Under the pieces are notes generated by a model. It saw only the letters and a list, made by a program, of their open reading frames with translations. It was not told the origin of the DNA and ran no database searches. Shown in pieces: positions 24,691 through 37,109 of a stretch of DNA of 64,000 nucleotides. The translations under genes were made by a program, and so were the position numbers. The DNA lies in the NCBI GenBank assembly GCA_964016885.1, contig OZ024762.1, positions 15,562,001-15,626,000 on the forward strand. The letters run 5' to 3'. This DNA comes from Eledone cirrhosa. Taxonomy: Eukaryota. Position 1 is the first letter of the stretch; each line of letters opens with the position of its first letter.

Positions 24691-25445
24691 CATCTGTTTT
24701 GCCATGCTTGCATGGGTTAGACAAGTTGTCACATTGTGAGACATGTCAGATAAGGTGACCATGTAACAGATTTCTATTTGGCTCGGTTTCTATGGCTGGA
24801 TGCCCTTCCTAATGCCAACCACATTACATAGTTCACTGGTGGGTGCTTTTTGTCATGTCACCAGCTTGACTACCTTACAGTGTGGTCTGGGTGTTTTTGT
24901 CGTGTCACCAGCACAACCACCTTACAGAGTGAACTGGGTGCTTTTTGTCATGTCACCAGCACAACCACCTTACAGAGTGAACTGGGTGCTTTTTGTCATG
25001 TCACCAACATAACCACCTTACAGAGTGAACTGGGTGCTTTTTGTCATGTCACCAGCACAACCACCTTACAGGATGGACTGGGTGTTTTTGTCATGTCACC
25101 AGCACAACCACCTTACAGGGTGGACTGGGTGCTTTTTGTCATGTCACTAACACAACCACTTTACAGGGTGGGATGGGTGTTTTTTGTCATGTCACCAGCA
25201 CAACCACTTTACAGGGTGCACTGGGTGCTTTTTGTCATGTCACCAGCACAACCACCTTACAGGGTGAGCTGGGTGCTTTTTGTCATGTCACCAGCACAAC
25301 CACTTTACAAGGTGGACTGCATGCTTTTTCTCGTGTTACCATCACGACCACCTTACAGGGTGGACTGGGTGTATTTTGTCATGTCATGTTACTAGTACAA
25401 CTGCTTTACAAGGGTGGACTGGGTTGTTTTCTCATGTCACCCACA
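24690..25445 (-). repeat. RTE 3'UTR-type repeat with 48 bp unit expanded to about 12 copies (24830-25440)
   Basis: GGCTGGATGCCCTTCCTAATGCCAACCAC followed by units ACCACCTTACAGAGTGAACTGGGTGCTTTTTGTCATGTCACCAGCACA. Confidence 0.88.
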
Positions 25446-25503
25446 TAAATATGATCACTTTACACTATCTATTAGCAAGTGTTTGACTGCTTTATCTTTT
25501 CAG

Positions 25504-25640
25504 GGTGTATAAAAGGTTATAGCAGGAAAAGAATAGTCAATCCACTCTACCTGACCACCTCCTCAGAATATGGTTCTACACCACCCACTATACATACTGT
25601 ACCCGTCTGTTTTTATCCTAAATCACTGCAGTTTTCCAAG
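25504..25640 (+). CDS. PIERCE1: PIERCE1/2-like gene, internal exon (GCIKGYSRKRIVNPLYLTTSSEYGSTPPTIHTVPVCFYPKSLQFSK)
   Basis: CTTTTCAG acceptor and AAG|GTACGG donor; carries the GY...P.Y.T.S..YGS.PPT.H..P..FYP.S..FS signature of the PIERCE family; PIERCE1 versus PIERCE2 orthology not resolved. Confidence 0.92.
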
Positions 25641-25724
25641 GTACGGTACTCTCATTTGGAGGAGTGCGCTTAACTCTTTGTTTCTTTGTTTATTTTTTTA
25701 TCCTCTGCTGCTGCTGTTACTGCT

Positions 25725-25823
25725 GTTGCTACTACTACTACTACTGCTGCTGCTACTACCACTACTACTACTACTACTACCACTACTATACTACTACTAC
25801 TACTACTGTTACTGTTACTACTT

Positions 25824-25861
<38 letters not shown>

Positions 25862-25886
25862 GTTACTACCACTACTACTACTACTT

Positions 25887-25917
<31 letters not shown>

Positions 25918-25928
25918 TACTACTACCG

Positions 25929-25969
<41 letters not shown>

Positions 25970-25995
25970 GTTACTACCACTACTACTACTACTAT

Positions 25996-26047
<52 letters not shown>

Positions 26048-26256
26048 GTTACTACCACTACTACTACTACTTCTACTACTACTACTACTACCACCACTAC
26101 TACTACTACTACCACCACTACTACTACTACCACCACCACCACCACTACTACTACTACTGCTACTACTACTACTACCACCACTACTACTACCACCACCACC
26201 ACCACCACCACTACCACTACTACTACTACTATTACTACTACTACCATTACTACTAT
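25725..26256. repeat. (TAC/CAC)n trinucleotide microsatellite, intronic
   Basis: About 530 bp of TAC with CAC and TGT interruptions. Confidence 0.97.
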
Positions 26257-26366
26257 TTCAGTGTCTTATCTGTTTTTTCATATCTGTTTTTTGTTTTGTT
26301 TTGTGGGGTTTTTTTCCAGCATTTTATTGTTTCATATCTGTTTTTTTTTTTTTAAATTTATTTCAG

Positions 26367-26435
26367 AGTTTTCTACCAGGAGGATCGTACCGCAATCGTT
26401 CTCTAAATACAGCTCTGGACAAAAGTTATGTCTAG
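26367..26435 (+). CDS. PIERCE1: PIERCE1/2-like gene, last coding exon (SFLPGGSYRNRSLNTALDKSYV*)
   Basis: Polypyrimidine tract plus TTTCAG acceptor, phase 0; matches the GG.(Y/F)RN..LN..L(D/E)KS.V family C-terminal motif; TAG stop. Confidence 0.92.
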   Translation, partial: SFLPGGSYRNRSLNTALDKSYV

Positions 26436-26646
26436 TCTCAACAATGTACGACACCAATAACTGTTACCATTTCTACAACATGGAGGCTGAATATTTAGAA
26501 ATTCTTCAAAGACAATCTCAGTTGTCAGATTATTTAATATAAAAAAACAATACCTCAATGCCAATGTAATAATTTTGTTGTTTTATCTTTTCTCTTTTTG
26601 TTTTAAATACGACTCCCTGGGGAGTTAAAGAACCACACCATAGCAC

Positions 26647-26826
26647 TGGTTGGATTGGCAGTATCGGTAGAGAGTTGGACACCATGATTTGCAGCATAGA
26701 GTTACGTCCCTTCGCGTTCTGAGCTCAAATCCTGCCGAGGTTGACTTTGCCTTTCATCCTTACGGGGGTCGATAAAATAAAGTACCAATGGGGTAATTGC
26801 TGGCCTTGTGCCGAAAGTAGAAACAA
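26647..26826 (+). mobile_element. Family A SINE (further copies 21630-21786, 22196-22380, 27055-27290, 31968-32270, 45554-45737, 45799-45947, 54110-54210, 61856-62015)
   Basis: A-box-like TGGCAGTATCGG, B-box-like GAG(T/C)TCAAATCC, body GCCTTTCATCCTTACGGGGTCGATAAAATAAAGTACC. Confidence 0.85.
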
Positions 26827-27686
26827 AATGGCGAACCGATCTCTTGGTGAGTTTCTACATGTGTGATTTAGTTATGAGGTTGGTTTCTCATTTTAATTTA
26901 TACCTTTAATTTTAATGTTTTTCCTATGCCTCTATTAGCTTATATTCTCTTCACGCTGGTGCTTTGAAATTACTGTAAAGGAAAACACACTCTCCTGTGT
27001 TTTTCCCCTCTATATATATATATATATATCATCATCTCATCATCTTCACTTTACGTAAGGATGAAAGGCAAAGTTAACCTCGGCGGGATTTGAACTCAGA
27101 ATGGCAGGGGCCGTAACTCTATACGTCAAAGCATGGCGTCCGACCCTCTACCGACACTGCCAATCCACCGCCCTTATTAAAAATAATTGTTTCTACTTTT
27201 GGCACAAGGCCAGCAATTACACCAGTGTATTACTGGTACTTTATTTTATCGACCCCGTAAGGATGAAAGGCAAAGTTAACCTCGGCGGGATAAATAATAA
27301 CACGAGATAGAGTTACTTTGGGAGAGATTTAATTGTCCCTATATTTCGGATTCGCATCCAACAACTGAGGGGTTTTTTTTTGGGGGGGGGGGGGGGGGAG
27401 TTATATGTCGGAGAGGAATACTACGTGGCCTCTATTGTCCGTTGTTTGTGTGTAACTGATATATATATAGATATATATATATATATATGTAACGAAGGAG
27501 TTGTGGTAAGGAACCAGATGGACCATAACGTACCATAGTACTCAATACTTAGGGTAATAGAGTGGGTAATAGGAAGTGGGTAATTCCTATATATATAAGT
27601 GTATATATATATATATGTATATCATATATATATATATATGTATGTATGTATATATATATATATACACACACACACATATACACGCA

Positions 27687-27755
<69 letters not shown>

Positions 27756-27909
27756 CATATTTACATATATATATATATATACACACATACACACATACAC
27801 ACACACATATGTATATATATATACACATACACACACACATACGTATACGTATATATATATATATATATATGCACACATACACACACATATATATATACAC
27901 ACACATACG

Positions 27910-27967
<58 letters not shown>

Positions 27968-27972
27968 CACAT

Positions 27973-28023
<51 letters not shown>

Positions 28024-28042
28024 TACATATATATATACACAT

Positions 28043-28099
<57 letters not shown>

Positions 28100-28196
28100 T
28101 TAAGTATTTCCGAAGGAAAGGCAAAGAAAAAAGAGTGCTCTATGCATTAAACAGAGCTATTTAATTAGAAAGTGAACAACACAATATATAACGACT

Positions 28197-28260
28197 CCAT
28201 TACCAAAGGTTTCAGGACTCTAGACAATATTAACATATGTCTAGTTCGCTCATCAGATAA
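28197..28260 (-). ncRNA. Type I hammerhead ribozyme motif
   Basis: Reverse complement: ttat-CTGATGA-gcgaactagaca(...)tgtctagagtcct-GAAACC-ttt-GGTA-atgg; stem I relies on G-U pairs. Confidence 0.65.
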
Positions 28261-29035
28261 CCCCTGTCTGTTTATGTCACTGTTGTAACTAATTATACTT
28301 AACTCATCCTATGGACTGAGTGCTCGTACTCTTGGATATTTCTACCAAACTTTAACACCACAGTATATATGTTAAATGTTGATGAAGATGATGACGATGA
28401 TGATGATGATGATGACGATGGTACTATATATATAAGGCATCTTCAGCCCTTAATCATTCAATCATGCTGCTGTGTACACATGTTGTTGTCAACAGCTGCA
28501 ACTATCAGTCAGTAGACTAAATGACATTATCTATTGAGTAATAGGAGGAGGTCATCTTACAGACAGAATTTCTGTGACTCATCCCACTGAATGACAATGA
28601 GTACAGGGAAGGAAATGAATTATGTAAAACTTTTCCTTTTTAAAAACAAAAAGAAAAAGTGGAAAAACCTATCCTTGCTTGGCGGTAGTGAAATACAACA
28701 ACAACAACAACCAATACACTTTCACTCTTTTACCTCTTCCAGCCATCCAGCTGAGACATGCTGGCGCACCTACCATTATGTCAGAAAGTAAATATAACAT
28801 TAGATAATAGATAATATAGAAGAGGTGACTTCACTGTGAAAGAAGTGAAGATTTTCTCAGTTATAATTGGTCAAAATTTATACATACATATATATATATA
28901 TATATTAAGAGAGTAAAACAAAGAATCCTTTAATACATTTTTTGGCTCTGTTTAACTACATTGAGCTATACCTTTTACTGTCATTTCTATAATACGAAGA
29001 GGGTGTTTGACTCAAACACGCTCCAGTATTCTAAT

Positions 29036-29078
<43 letters not shown>

Positions 29079-29375
29079 CTCTGTTACCTACATAGAGCAC
29101 TCTTTTTTCCTGGACTTTTCCGACGGAATTTCTTCATTCACACATATATATATATATATATATATATAAATATAGGAACGAGTAGGACCCCGACGGCTGA
29201 GCTCAAGCCGTTTCGACGGCTAATTCTGGACTAATTCTGAGTCCAGAATTAGCCGTCGAAATGGCTTGAGCTCAGCCGTCAGGGTCCTACTCGTTCCTAT
29301 TACCCACTCTACTACCCTAAGTATTGAGTACTTTGGTGCGTTATGGTCCACCTGGTTCCTTACCACATTTCCTTC

Positions 29376-29422
<47 letters not shown>

Positions 29423-29511
29423 TCTACTACCCTAAGTATTGAGTACTCTGGTGTGTTATGGTCCACCTGGTTCCTTACCACACTTTCTTTGTTATATATA
29501 TATATGTGTGT

Positions 29512-29663
29512 GTATCCCGGGTTCAATCAGGGGTAACCACAGTAAGTAAGGTACTCAATACATAGCAGAGTATAAATATTTAATATAGAAATGGCTTCTA
29601 CACGGGCTAGAACTGTTTCATTCGAATGAAACAGTTCTAGCCCTGTAGAAGCCATTTCTATAT

Positions 29664-29672
<9 letters not shown>
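29512..29672. mobile_element. Fold-back copy of the GAAACAGTTCTAGTCCTGTA hammerhead family, folded within stem II
   Basis: Palindrome centred at TTCATTCGAATGAA (~29622); flank homologous to 44860-44957 and 52895-52997. Confidence 0.75.
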
Positions 29673-29713
<41 letters not shown>

Positions 29714-29903
29714 ACGAAGGAAATGTGGTAAGGAACCAGGTGGACCATAACGCACCAAAGTACTCAATAGTTAGGGTAGTAGAGTGGGTAATAGGAATGA
29801 GTAGGACCCCAACGGCTGAGCTCAAGCCGTTTCGACGGCTAATTCTGGAGTCCAGAATTAGCCGTCGAAACGGCTTGAGCTCAGCCGCGGGGTCCTACTC
29901 GTT

Positions 29904-29967
<64 letters not shown>

Positions 29968-30431
29968 AGGAGTGTGGTTGAATTAGGCTAGAAAGCAGGC
30001 GAAAAAAGAATTCTACAGGAATCTGAGAATGGGAAATTAAAAAATTAAAACATTTGAAAAAAAAAAACTAGGGTCTAAAACAGCTGCTATATTTTTGCAT
30101 GCGATAATCAGGCAGAAATGCTTGATTATCACATGACCATATATGGAATTACCCCTTGAAAAGTTCGGCTATTTATTACCATGCTAAAAATCTAATTTAG
30201 TCCAGAAATAGCTGTCGAAACGGCTTGAGCTCTGCTGTCGGGGTCATATATTTTCCTATTACCCACTCTACTACCCTACGTATTGAGTACTCTGGTGCGT
30301 TATGGTCCATCTGGTTCCTTACCACAACTCCTTCGTTATGAGTTTGCATGTGTGTTTAGGTATATATGCATATATATGTATATATGCAAAAGAAACCAAA
30401 GAACGCTTACATACTCAAACAGTTTTTATTT

Positions 30432-30476
30432 GCTTACAATGTTTCATCCATACCGTTAGGCAGGAATCATCAGAGC
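30432..30476 (-). ncRNA. Minimal type I hammerhead ribozyme
   Basis: Reverse complement: gct-CTGATGA-ttcctgcc(taac)ggtatggat-GAAAC-att-GTA-agc, then AATAAA. Confidence 0.8.
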
Positions 30477-31261
30477 TTAATAAGCACAGTGCTGAGTATA
30501 AGCTCCATCGAGCTTAGTCACACGAACAATCGGAATGCAAAAGAGGGTAAAGATAGGGAGATCGGAGATGTCGAACAAGGAGGGAGTGCATGTTGGGGTT
30601 GTTAAGCACCACAGCTAAATGTTAGGGCACAAGCAGATTCCACATACAATTGATGGCACACAAAAGCAAAAAATATAAGCAATGGTTAAAACATAATAAA
30701 AAAATATAATAATAAAATAATAATAATAAAAATTAAAATTAAAAAAATAGAAAATAAAAGGAAGATAATATAAAGAGATAAAAAGATAAAAAGTAAATAA
30801 AAAGGTAAAATTTTTAAAAGAATTTTCTTAAAAAGAAAGAAGAAACATGTTTTAAGCACATAAAGAAGCCAGAGGAAATTAAGCGCTGGTCCCCAATAAA
30901 GCGAGTGAATAGGATCTCCGTAACTTATAGTTATATAAGCACCAAGAGGTTCTTATGGTACATCCAGAAAGACCACAGTAATCAGAATCCCCACCATGAG
31001 CAAGGCAACGTCAGCCGACCGGACACTGCCCACAACAGGACAACCCGTCTAACCCATGCTAGAATGGAAGAATGGACGTAAGTAAAACAGTGATGATGAT
31101 GATGATATATATATATATATACACACACGTGTATATATATATATATAAATATATATAAAAGAAGTTAATATGCCCACAGGTACTAAGTACTCCTGGAAAT
31201 ATATAGGTTGTCTATGATACAGGGTTGTTCAATGGTATTAATTTGACATACCAGAACTATA

Positions 31262-31440
31262 ATATTGAGATAAGCAGAACAAGCAAAATTCAAACAATAT
31301 TTAAAAAATAAATTAAAAATGTTTTGTGACGGGAAACCGATCAGTAAAAGCAACTTGAGTAGGTAAATATTTAAATTGTATTTTTTAATTTATTTTAAAA
31401 ATATTGTCTGAATTTTGCTTGTTCTGCTTATCTCAATATA
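31262..31440. repeat. Inverted repeat with ~60 bp arms and ~60 bp spacer
   Basis: ATATTGAGATAAGCAGAACAAGCAAAATTCA... / ...TGAATTTTGCTTGTTCTGCTTATCTCAATAT. Confidence 0.85.
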
Positions 31441-31459
31441 TATATATCTCTCTCTCTCT

Positions 31460-31725
31460 CTAAGGCGGGTAAAATTCCCGAGATCCATGGACGAGTTCTC
31501 TCCAGCGGTCTCTGTCCCTCATTATCGCTGCCATATCCTGCATCTCCAACAGACCAGTGTCTGTCCTTAGGGCATCAACATATGTTAACCTTGGTCTTCC
31601 TCTTCTAGTGTGTCCATGTAGGGGCTCCCAAAGGAGCACTGAGTGCAATGTCAACTCTGGATGTCGGTGAGCATGTCCAGCCAACCTCAGTCTCCTCTGT
31701 GTCACTTTTGAGCTGACTTTTGGGA
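31460..31725 (-). mobile_element. LINE (RTE-group) ORF C-terminal fragment
   Basis: PKVSSKVTQRRLRLAGHAHRH...LLWEP.HG..RRGRPRLTYVDALRTDTG...MRDRDRWR. Confidence 0.8.
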
Positions 31726-32289
31726 TATATATATATGTGTGTGTGTGTATATATCATCATCATCATCATCATCATTTAATGTCCACTTTCTCTGCTAGCA
31801 AAGGTTAGACAGATCTATAGACTATGTCAATACTGTAGCGAGGGTACTGACCTCTAAGACTGGCCATCCTACTTGAATACTACAGTCAGATTTTCTGTCA
31901 AGTGCTGATGAGAAATTGTGTGTTTTGACCGAAACTGAAATGAGATAGATATACTTTATGATAATAATAATTGTTTCTACTTTAGGCACAAGGCCAGCAA
32001 TTACCCAGTGTATTACTGGTACTTTATTTTATCATCCCCGTAAGGATGAAAGGCAAAGTCAACTTTATGATAATAATAATAATAATTGTTTCTACTTTAG
32101 GCACAAGGCCAGCAATTACTCAGTACATTACTGGTACTTTATTTTATCGACCCCGTAAGGATGAAAGGCAAAGTTAACCTCGGCTGGATTTGAACTCAGA
32201 CTGTAAAGGGACGTAACTATGCTAGAAAGCATGGTGTCTGACGCTCTACCGATTCTGCCAATCTACCACCCTAATAATAATAATAATGA

Positions 32290-32560
32290 TTTCATTTATT
32301 GGCCACAAGGGCCGACATATAGGGGACAATACAAAAGACAGGGACAGTGGTGGGTTTACATATACAACGTGTAAACAATAACAATAACAAAGTAACAATA
32401 AAAATACAAGGAAAATTCCCCAATAGGGGGATGATCACCCAGGGTTGACTCAAGTACCCCACCAATCCTGAACGACGCGATGCTTCGAGAGCACCCGGCA
32501 GGGGCACCCCTCTCCTCCTCAAATTCACCCACCTTCAGGCGCATGATCAGAGTAGGCCCA
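32290..32560 (-). mobile_element. Retroelement 3' end related to 63186-63573 (Tx1/L1-like)
   Basis: Shares CCCTATTGGGGAA and CCC(T/C)TGTGGC(C/T)AATAAA with the 63400-63570 3'UTR. Confidence 0.55.
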
Positions 32561-32574
32561 AATAATAATAATGA

Positions 32575-35030
32575 AATTATTGTGTACAGTGCTCAGGTGC
32601 ACTACAACTCATCAAAGGTGCATGTATAGTACATAGAATAATGTACAAATGTCAGGAAAGTGAACAGTGTACGAGTCATGAAATACATGTTGTATGTGTG
32701 TGTATGGAGGGGGGATATCAGGTGTAGTGTTGGTGAATCTCAGGAAGCATGGAGGTTTTAAAGGATGCAGTGTCTCGACAGCTAACAACCGATGCAGGTA
32801 GTTTGTTCCATGGAGGTTTTAAAGGATGCAGTGTCTCGTCAGCTAACAACTGATGCAAGTAGTTTGTTCCATGGAGGTTTTAAAGGATGCAGTGTCTCGA
32901 CAAATAACAACTGATGCAGGTAGTTTGTTCTGTGGAGGTTTTAAAGGATGCAGTGTCTCGACAGCTAACAGCTGATGCAGGTAGTTTGTTCCATGGAGGT
33001 TTTAAAGGATGCAGTGTCTCGACAAATAACAACTGATGCAGGTAGTTTGTTCCGTGGAGGTTTTAAAGGATGCAGTGTCTCGACAAATAACAACTGATGC
33101 AGGTAGTTTGTTCTGTGGAGGTTTTAAAGGATGCAGTGTCTCGACAGCTAACAACTGATGCAGGTAGTTTGTTCCATAGAGGTTTTAAAGGATGCAGTGT
33201 CTCGACATCTAACAACTGATGCAGGTAGTTTGTTCCATGGAGGTTTTAAAGGATGCAGTGTCTCGTCAGCTAACAACTGATGCAAGTAGTTTGTTCCATG
33301 GAGGTTTTAAAGGATGCAGTGTCTCGACAAATAACAACTGATGCAGGTAGTTTGTTCCGTGGAGGTTTTAAAGGATGCAGTGTCTCGACAGCTAACAACT
33401 GATGCAGGTAGTTTGTTCCATAGAGGTTTTAAAGGATGCAGTGTCTCGATAGCTAACAACTGATGCAGATAGTTTGTTCCATGAGGTTTTAAAGGATGCA
33501 GTGTCTCGTCAGCTAACAACTGATGCAAGTAGTTTGTTCCATGGAGGTTTTAAAGGATGCAGTGTCTCGACAAATAACAACTGATACAGGTAGTTTTTTC
33601 TATGGAGGTTTTAAAGGATGCAGTGTCTCGACAGCTAACAACTGATGCAGGTAGTTTGTTCCATAGAGGTTTTAAAGGATGCAGTGTCTCGACAGCTAAC
33701 AACTGATGCAGGTAGTTTGTTCCATGGAGGTTTTAAAGGATGCAGTGTCTCGACAGCTAACAACTGATGCAGGTAGTTTGTTCCATGGAGGTTTTAAAGG
33801 ATGCGGTGTTTCGACAGCTAACAACTGATGCAGGTAGTTTGTTCCATGGAGGTTTTAAAGAATGCAGTGTCTCGACAGCTAACAACTGATGCAGGTAGTT
33901 TGTTCCATGGAGGTTTTAAAGGATGCAGTGTCTCGACAAATAACAACTGATGCAGGTAGTTTGTTCTGTGGAGGTTTTAAAGGATGCAGTGTCTCGACAG
34001 CTAACAACTGATTCAGGTAGTTTGTTCCATAGAGGTTTTAAAGGATGCAGTGTCTCGACAGCTAACAACTGATGCAGGTAATTTGTTCCATGGAGGTTTT
34101 AAAGGATGCAATGTCTCGACATCTAACAACTGATGCAGGTAGTTTGTTCCATCGAGGTTTTAAAGGATGCAGTGTCTCGTCAGCTAACAACTGATGCAGG
34201 TAGTTTGTTCCATGGAGGTTTTAAAGGATGCAGTGTCTCGACAAATAACAACTGATGCAGGTAGTTTGTTCCATGGAGGTTTTAAAGGATGCAGTGTCTC
34301 GACAGCTAACAACTGATGCAGGTAGTTTGTTCCATGGAGGTTTTAAAGGATGCAGTGTCTCGACAGCTAACAACTGATGCAGGTAGTTTGTTCCATGGAG
34401 GTTTTAAAGGATGCAGTGTCTCGACAGCTAACAACTGATGCAGGTAGTTTGTTCCATGGAGGTTTTAAAGGATGCAGTGTCTCGACAGCTAACAACTGAT
34501 GCAGGTAGTTTGTTCCATGGAGGTTTTAAAGGATGCAGTGTCTCGACAGCTAACAACTGATGCAGGTAGTTTGTTCCATGGAGGTTTTAAAGGATGCAGT
34601 GTCTCGACAGCTAACAACTGATGCAGGTAGTTTGTTCTATAGAGGTTTTAAAGGATGCAGTGTCTCGACAGCTAACAGCTGATGCAAGTAGTTTGTTCCA
34701 TAGAGGTTTTAAAGGATGCAGTGTCTCGACAGCTAACAGCTGATGCAGGTAGTTTGTTCCATGGAGGTTTTAAAGAATGCAGTGTCTCGACAGTTAACAA
34801 CTGATGCAGGTAGTTTGTTCCATAGAGGTTTTAAAGAATGCAGTGTCTCAACAGTTAACAACTGATGCAGGTAGTTTGTTCCATGCTTCAGCAACTCTGA
34901 GCATGAAAAAAAGTTTCTGAAAGTCATGGGAGCTGTGCTGTTTTTTGACTTTGTAGGCATACCCATGTGTTAGACACATGGAAATCAAAAAGGTGCTCAG
35001 TGTTGTTGGCAAGATGGTTAATAATCCATC
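32575..35030 (-). mobile_element. CR1-like LINE 3' end with an internal 61 bp unit amplified to ~35 copies (32750-34885)
   Basis: IINHLANNTEHLFDFHVSNT.G.AYKVKKQHSSHDFQKLFFMLRVAEAWNKLPASVV.CRDTASFKTSM matches the CR1 C-terminal motif; 61 bp periodicity. Confidence 0.9.
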
Positions 35031-35364
35031 CATCCATATCTAATATTTTGGTGTTTAGAGTGCTGCGGGTGTCCCGGACTCTGAGGTAGGCAACACCAGG
35101 CAATGTCTCACGGCCATTCTCCATGAATTTCTGTCCATAGTATCAACATTGGCCAAGTTCCATTTATACAAATCACTCTTCACGCACTCCAACCACGTCT
35201 TCCTTTTCTAATGATTTCATTTGAATGAAACAGTTCTAGTCCTGTATAAGTCATTTCTATATAAAATTATAATATAAAGATGCCTATACTCTACTAAAGT
35301 ATTGAGTATTTTTTTTTACTGTGGTCACCTCTTGATAACCATCAGAAATCAGAAATCCACCCTT

Positions 35365-36491
35365 TATCCTTTAGCATTTAAACCTATCATATCTGGCCAG
35401 AATTCTTTCACCTCTTTCTGTTCAAACCGGCCATAACTAGCCACTCATACTAATGTTAAGGTATTGTTCTCAAAATAAATAATATCAAAATCTCACAGAT
35501 TTGATATTATCTGAGACAAGCCTTTACTGTGAAAATACAATAGTATATATATAGAGTAATGTAAATGTTATGTGAGGTATTATGTGAGGTAAAGCCTTTA
35601 CTGTGAAAATACAATAGTATATATAGAGTAATGTAAATGTTATGTGAGGTATTATGTGAGGTAAAGCCTTTACTGTGAAAATACAATAGTATATATAGAG
35701 TAATGTAAATGTTATGTGAGATATTATATGAGGTAAAGCCTTTACCGTAAAAATACAATAGTATATATAGAGTAGTGTAAATGTTATGTGAGATATTATG
35801 TGAGGTAAAGCCTTTACTGTGAAAATACAATAGTATATATAGAGTAATGTAAATGTTATGTGAGGTATTATGTGAGGTAAAGCCTTTACTGTGAAAATAC
35901 AATAGTAAATATAGAGTAATGTAAATGTTATGTGAGATATTATGTGAGGTAAAGCCTTTACTGTGAAAATACAATAGTATATATAGAGTAATGTAAATGT
36001 TATGTGAGAGATTATGTGAGGTAAAGCCTTTACCGTAAAAATACAATAGTATATATAGAGTAATGTAAATGTTATGTGAGATATTATGTGAGGTAAAGCC
36101 TTTACCGTAAAAATACAATAGTAAATATAGAGTAATGTAAATGTTATGTGAGATATTATGTAAGGTTAAGTCTTTACTGTGAAAATACAATAGTATATAT
36201 AGACTAATGTAAATGTTATGTGAGATATTATGTGAGGTAAAGCCTTTACTGTGAAAATACAATAGTAAATATAGAGTAATGTAAATGTTATGTGAGGTAA
36301 AGCCTTTAATGTGAAAATACAATAGTATATATAGAGTAATGTAAATGTTATGTGAGATATTATGTGAGCTAAAGCCTTTACTGTGAAAATACAATAGTAA
36401 ATATAGAGTAATGTAAATGTTATGTGAGGTAAAGCCTTTACTATGAAAATACAATAGTATATATAGAGTAATGTAAATGGTAAAGGGTTAA
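35365..36491. mobile_element. piggyBac-type MITE with an internal 72 bp unit amplified to ~14 copies (35505-36475)
   Basis: CCTTTAGCATTTAAA ... TAAATGGTAAAGGG-TTAA; unit AAAGCCTTTACTGTGAAAATACAATAGTATATATAGAGTAATGTAAATGTTATGTGAG... Confidence 0.9.
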
Positions 36492-36686
36492 GTCTACAAT
36501 AGAATCAGTTAAATCACAGACAACAGTTCATAGTTCAGGTAAACTATATATCATGTTAACATCTTTGGTTTGGCTTCCATTATGACACGGCACAAATAAA
36601 ACGACAAAATCTGACAACGATGGAAGAGAATGGATCATTATTGTTTAACACTAGAGGGATATATACATATATGTATATATATATGT

Positions 36687-36720
<34 letters not shown>

Positions 36721-36734
36721 GTGTATATATACAT

Positions 36735-36776
<42 letters not shown>

Positions 36777-37109
36777 ATATATACACACATATATATATAT
36801 TGTATAGATATATAAATTTATATTTATATATATATATATGTATGTGTGGTGTGCGTGTGTATATATATATATATAAAGATATCGATAGCGAAGGGGTGTG
36901 TGTAGATCTAGAGATATTGATGTGACAGATATGTGAGCATCAAATTACATGTCCCTGCACGATTACTGAGCACAGAGAAGAGTGCATCCTTCTATAAGAC
37001 AGGCTGAAATTTATATGCAAAGTAAAGTAAAGCAATGCAAAGAGAGAAAGAAGCAAAAGCTGTCAGATAGGGTTTCATATGTATTTATTGCTTGTAATTT
37101 AGACAAAGC

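Noticed and set aside
25570-26542. Poly-Thr, poly-Leu, poly-Tyr and poly-Val ORFs resembling mucin
   Set aside because: (TAC)n microsatellite inside a GT-AG intron of the PIERCE-like gene
31900-31945. CTGATGA...GAAAC as a hammerhead
   Set aside because: No stem III/NUH and no stem I complement found
35507-36454. 315 aa ORF with a 24-aa repeat
   Set aside because: Reading frame through the 72 bp MITE-internal satellite
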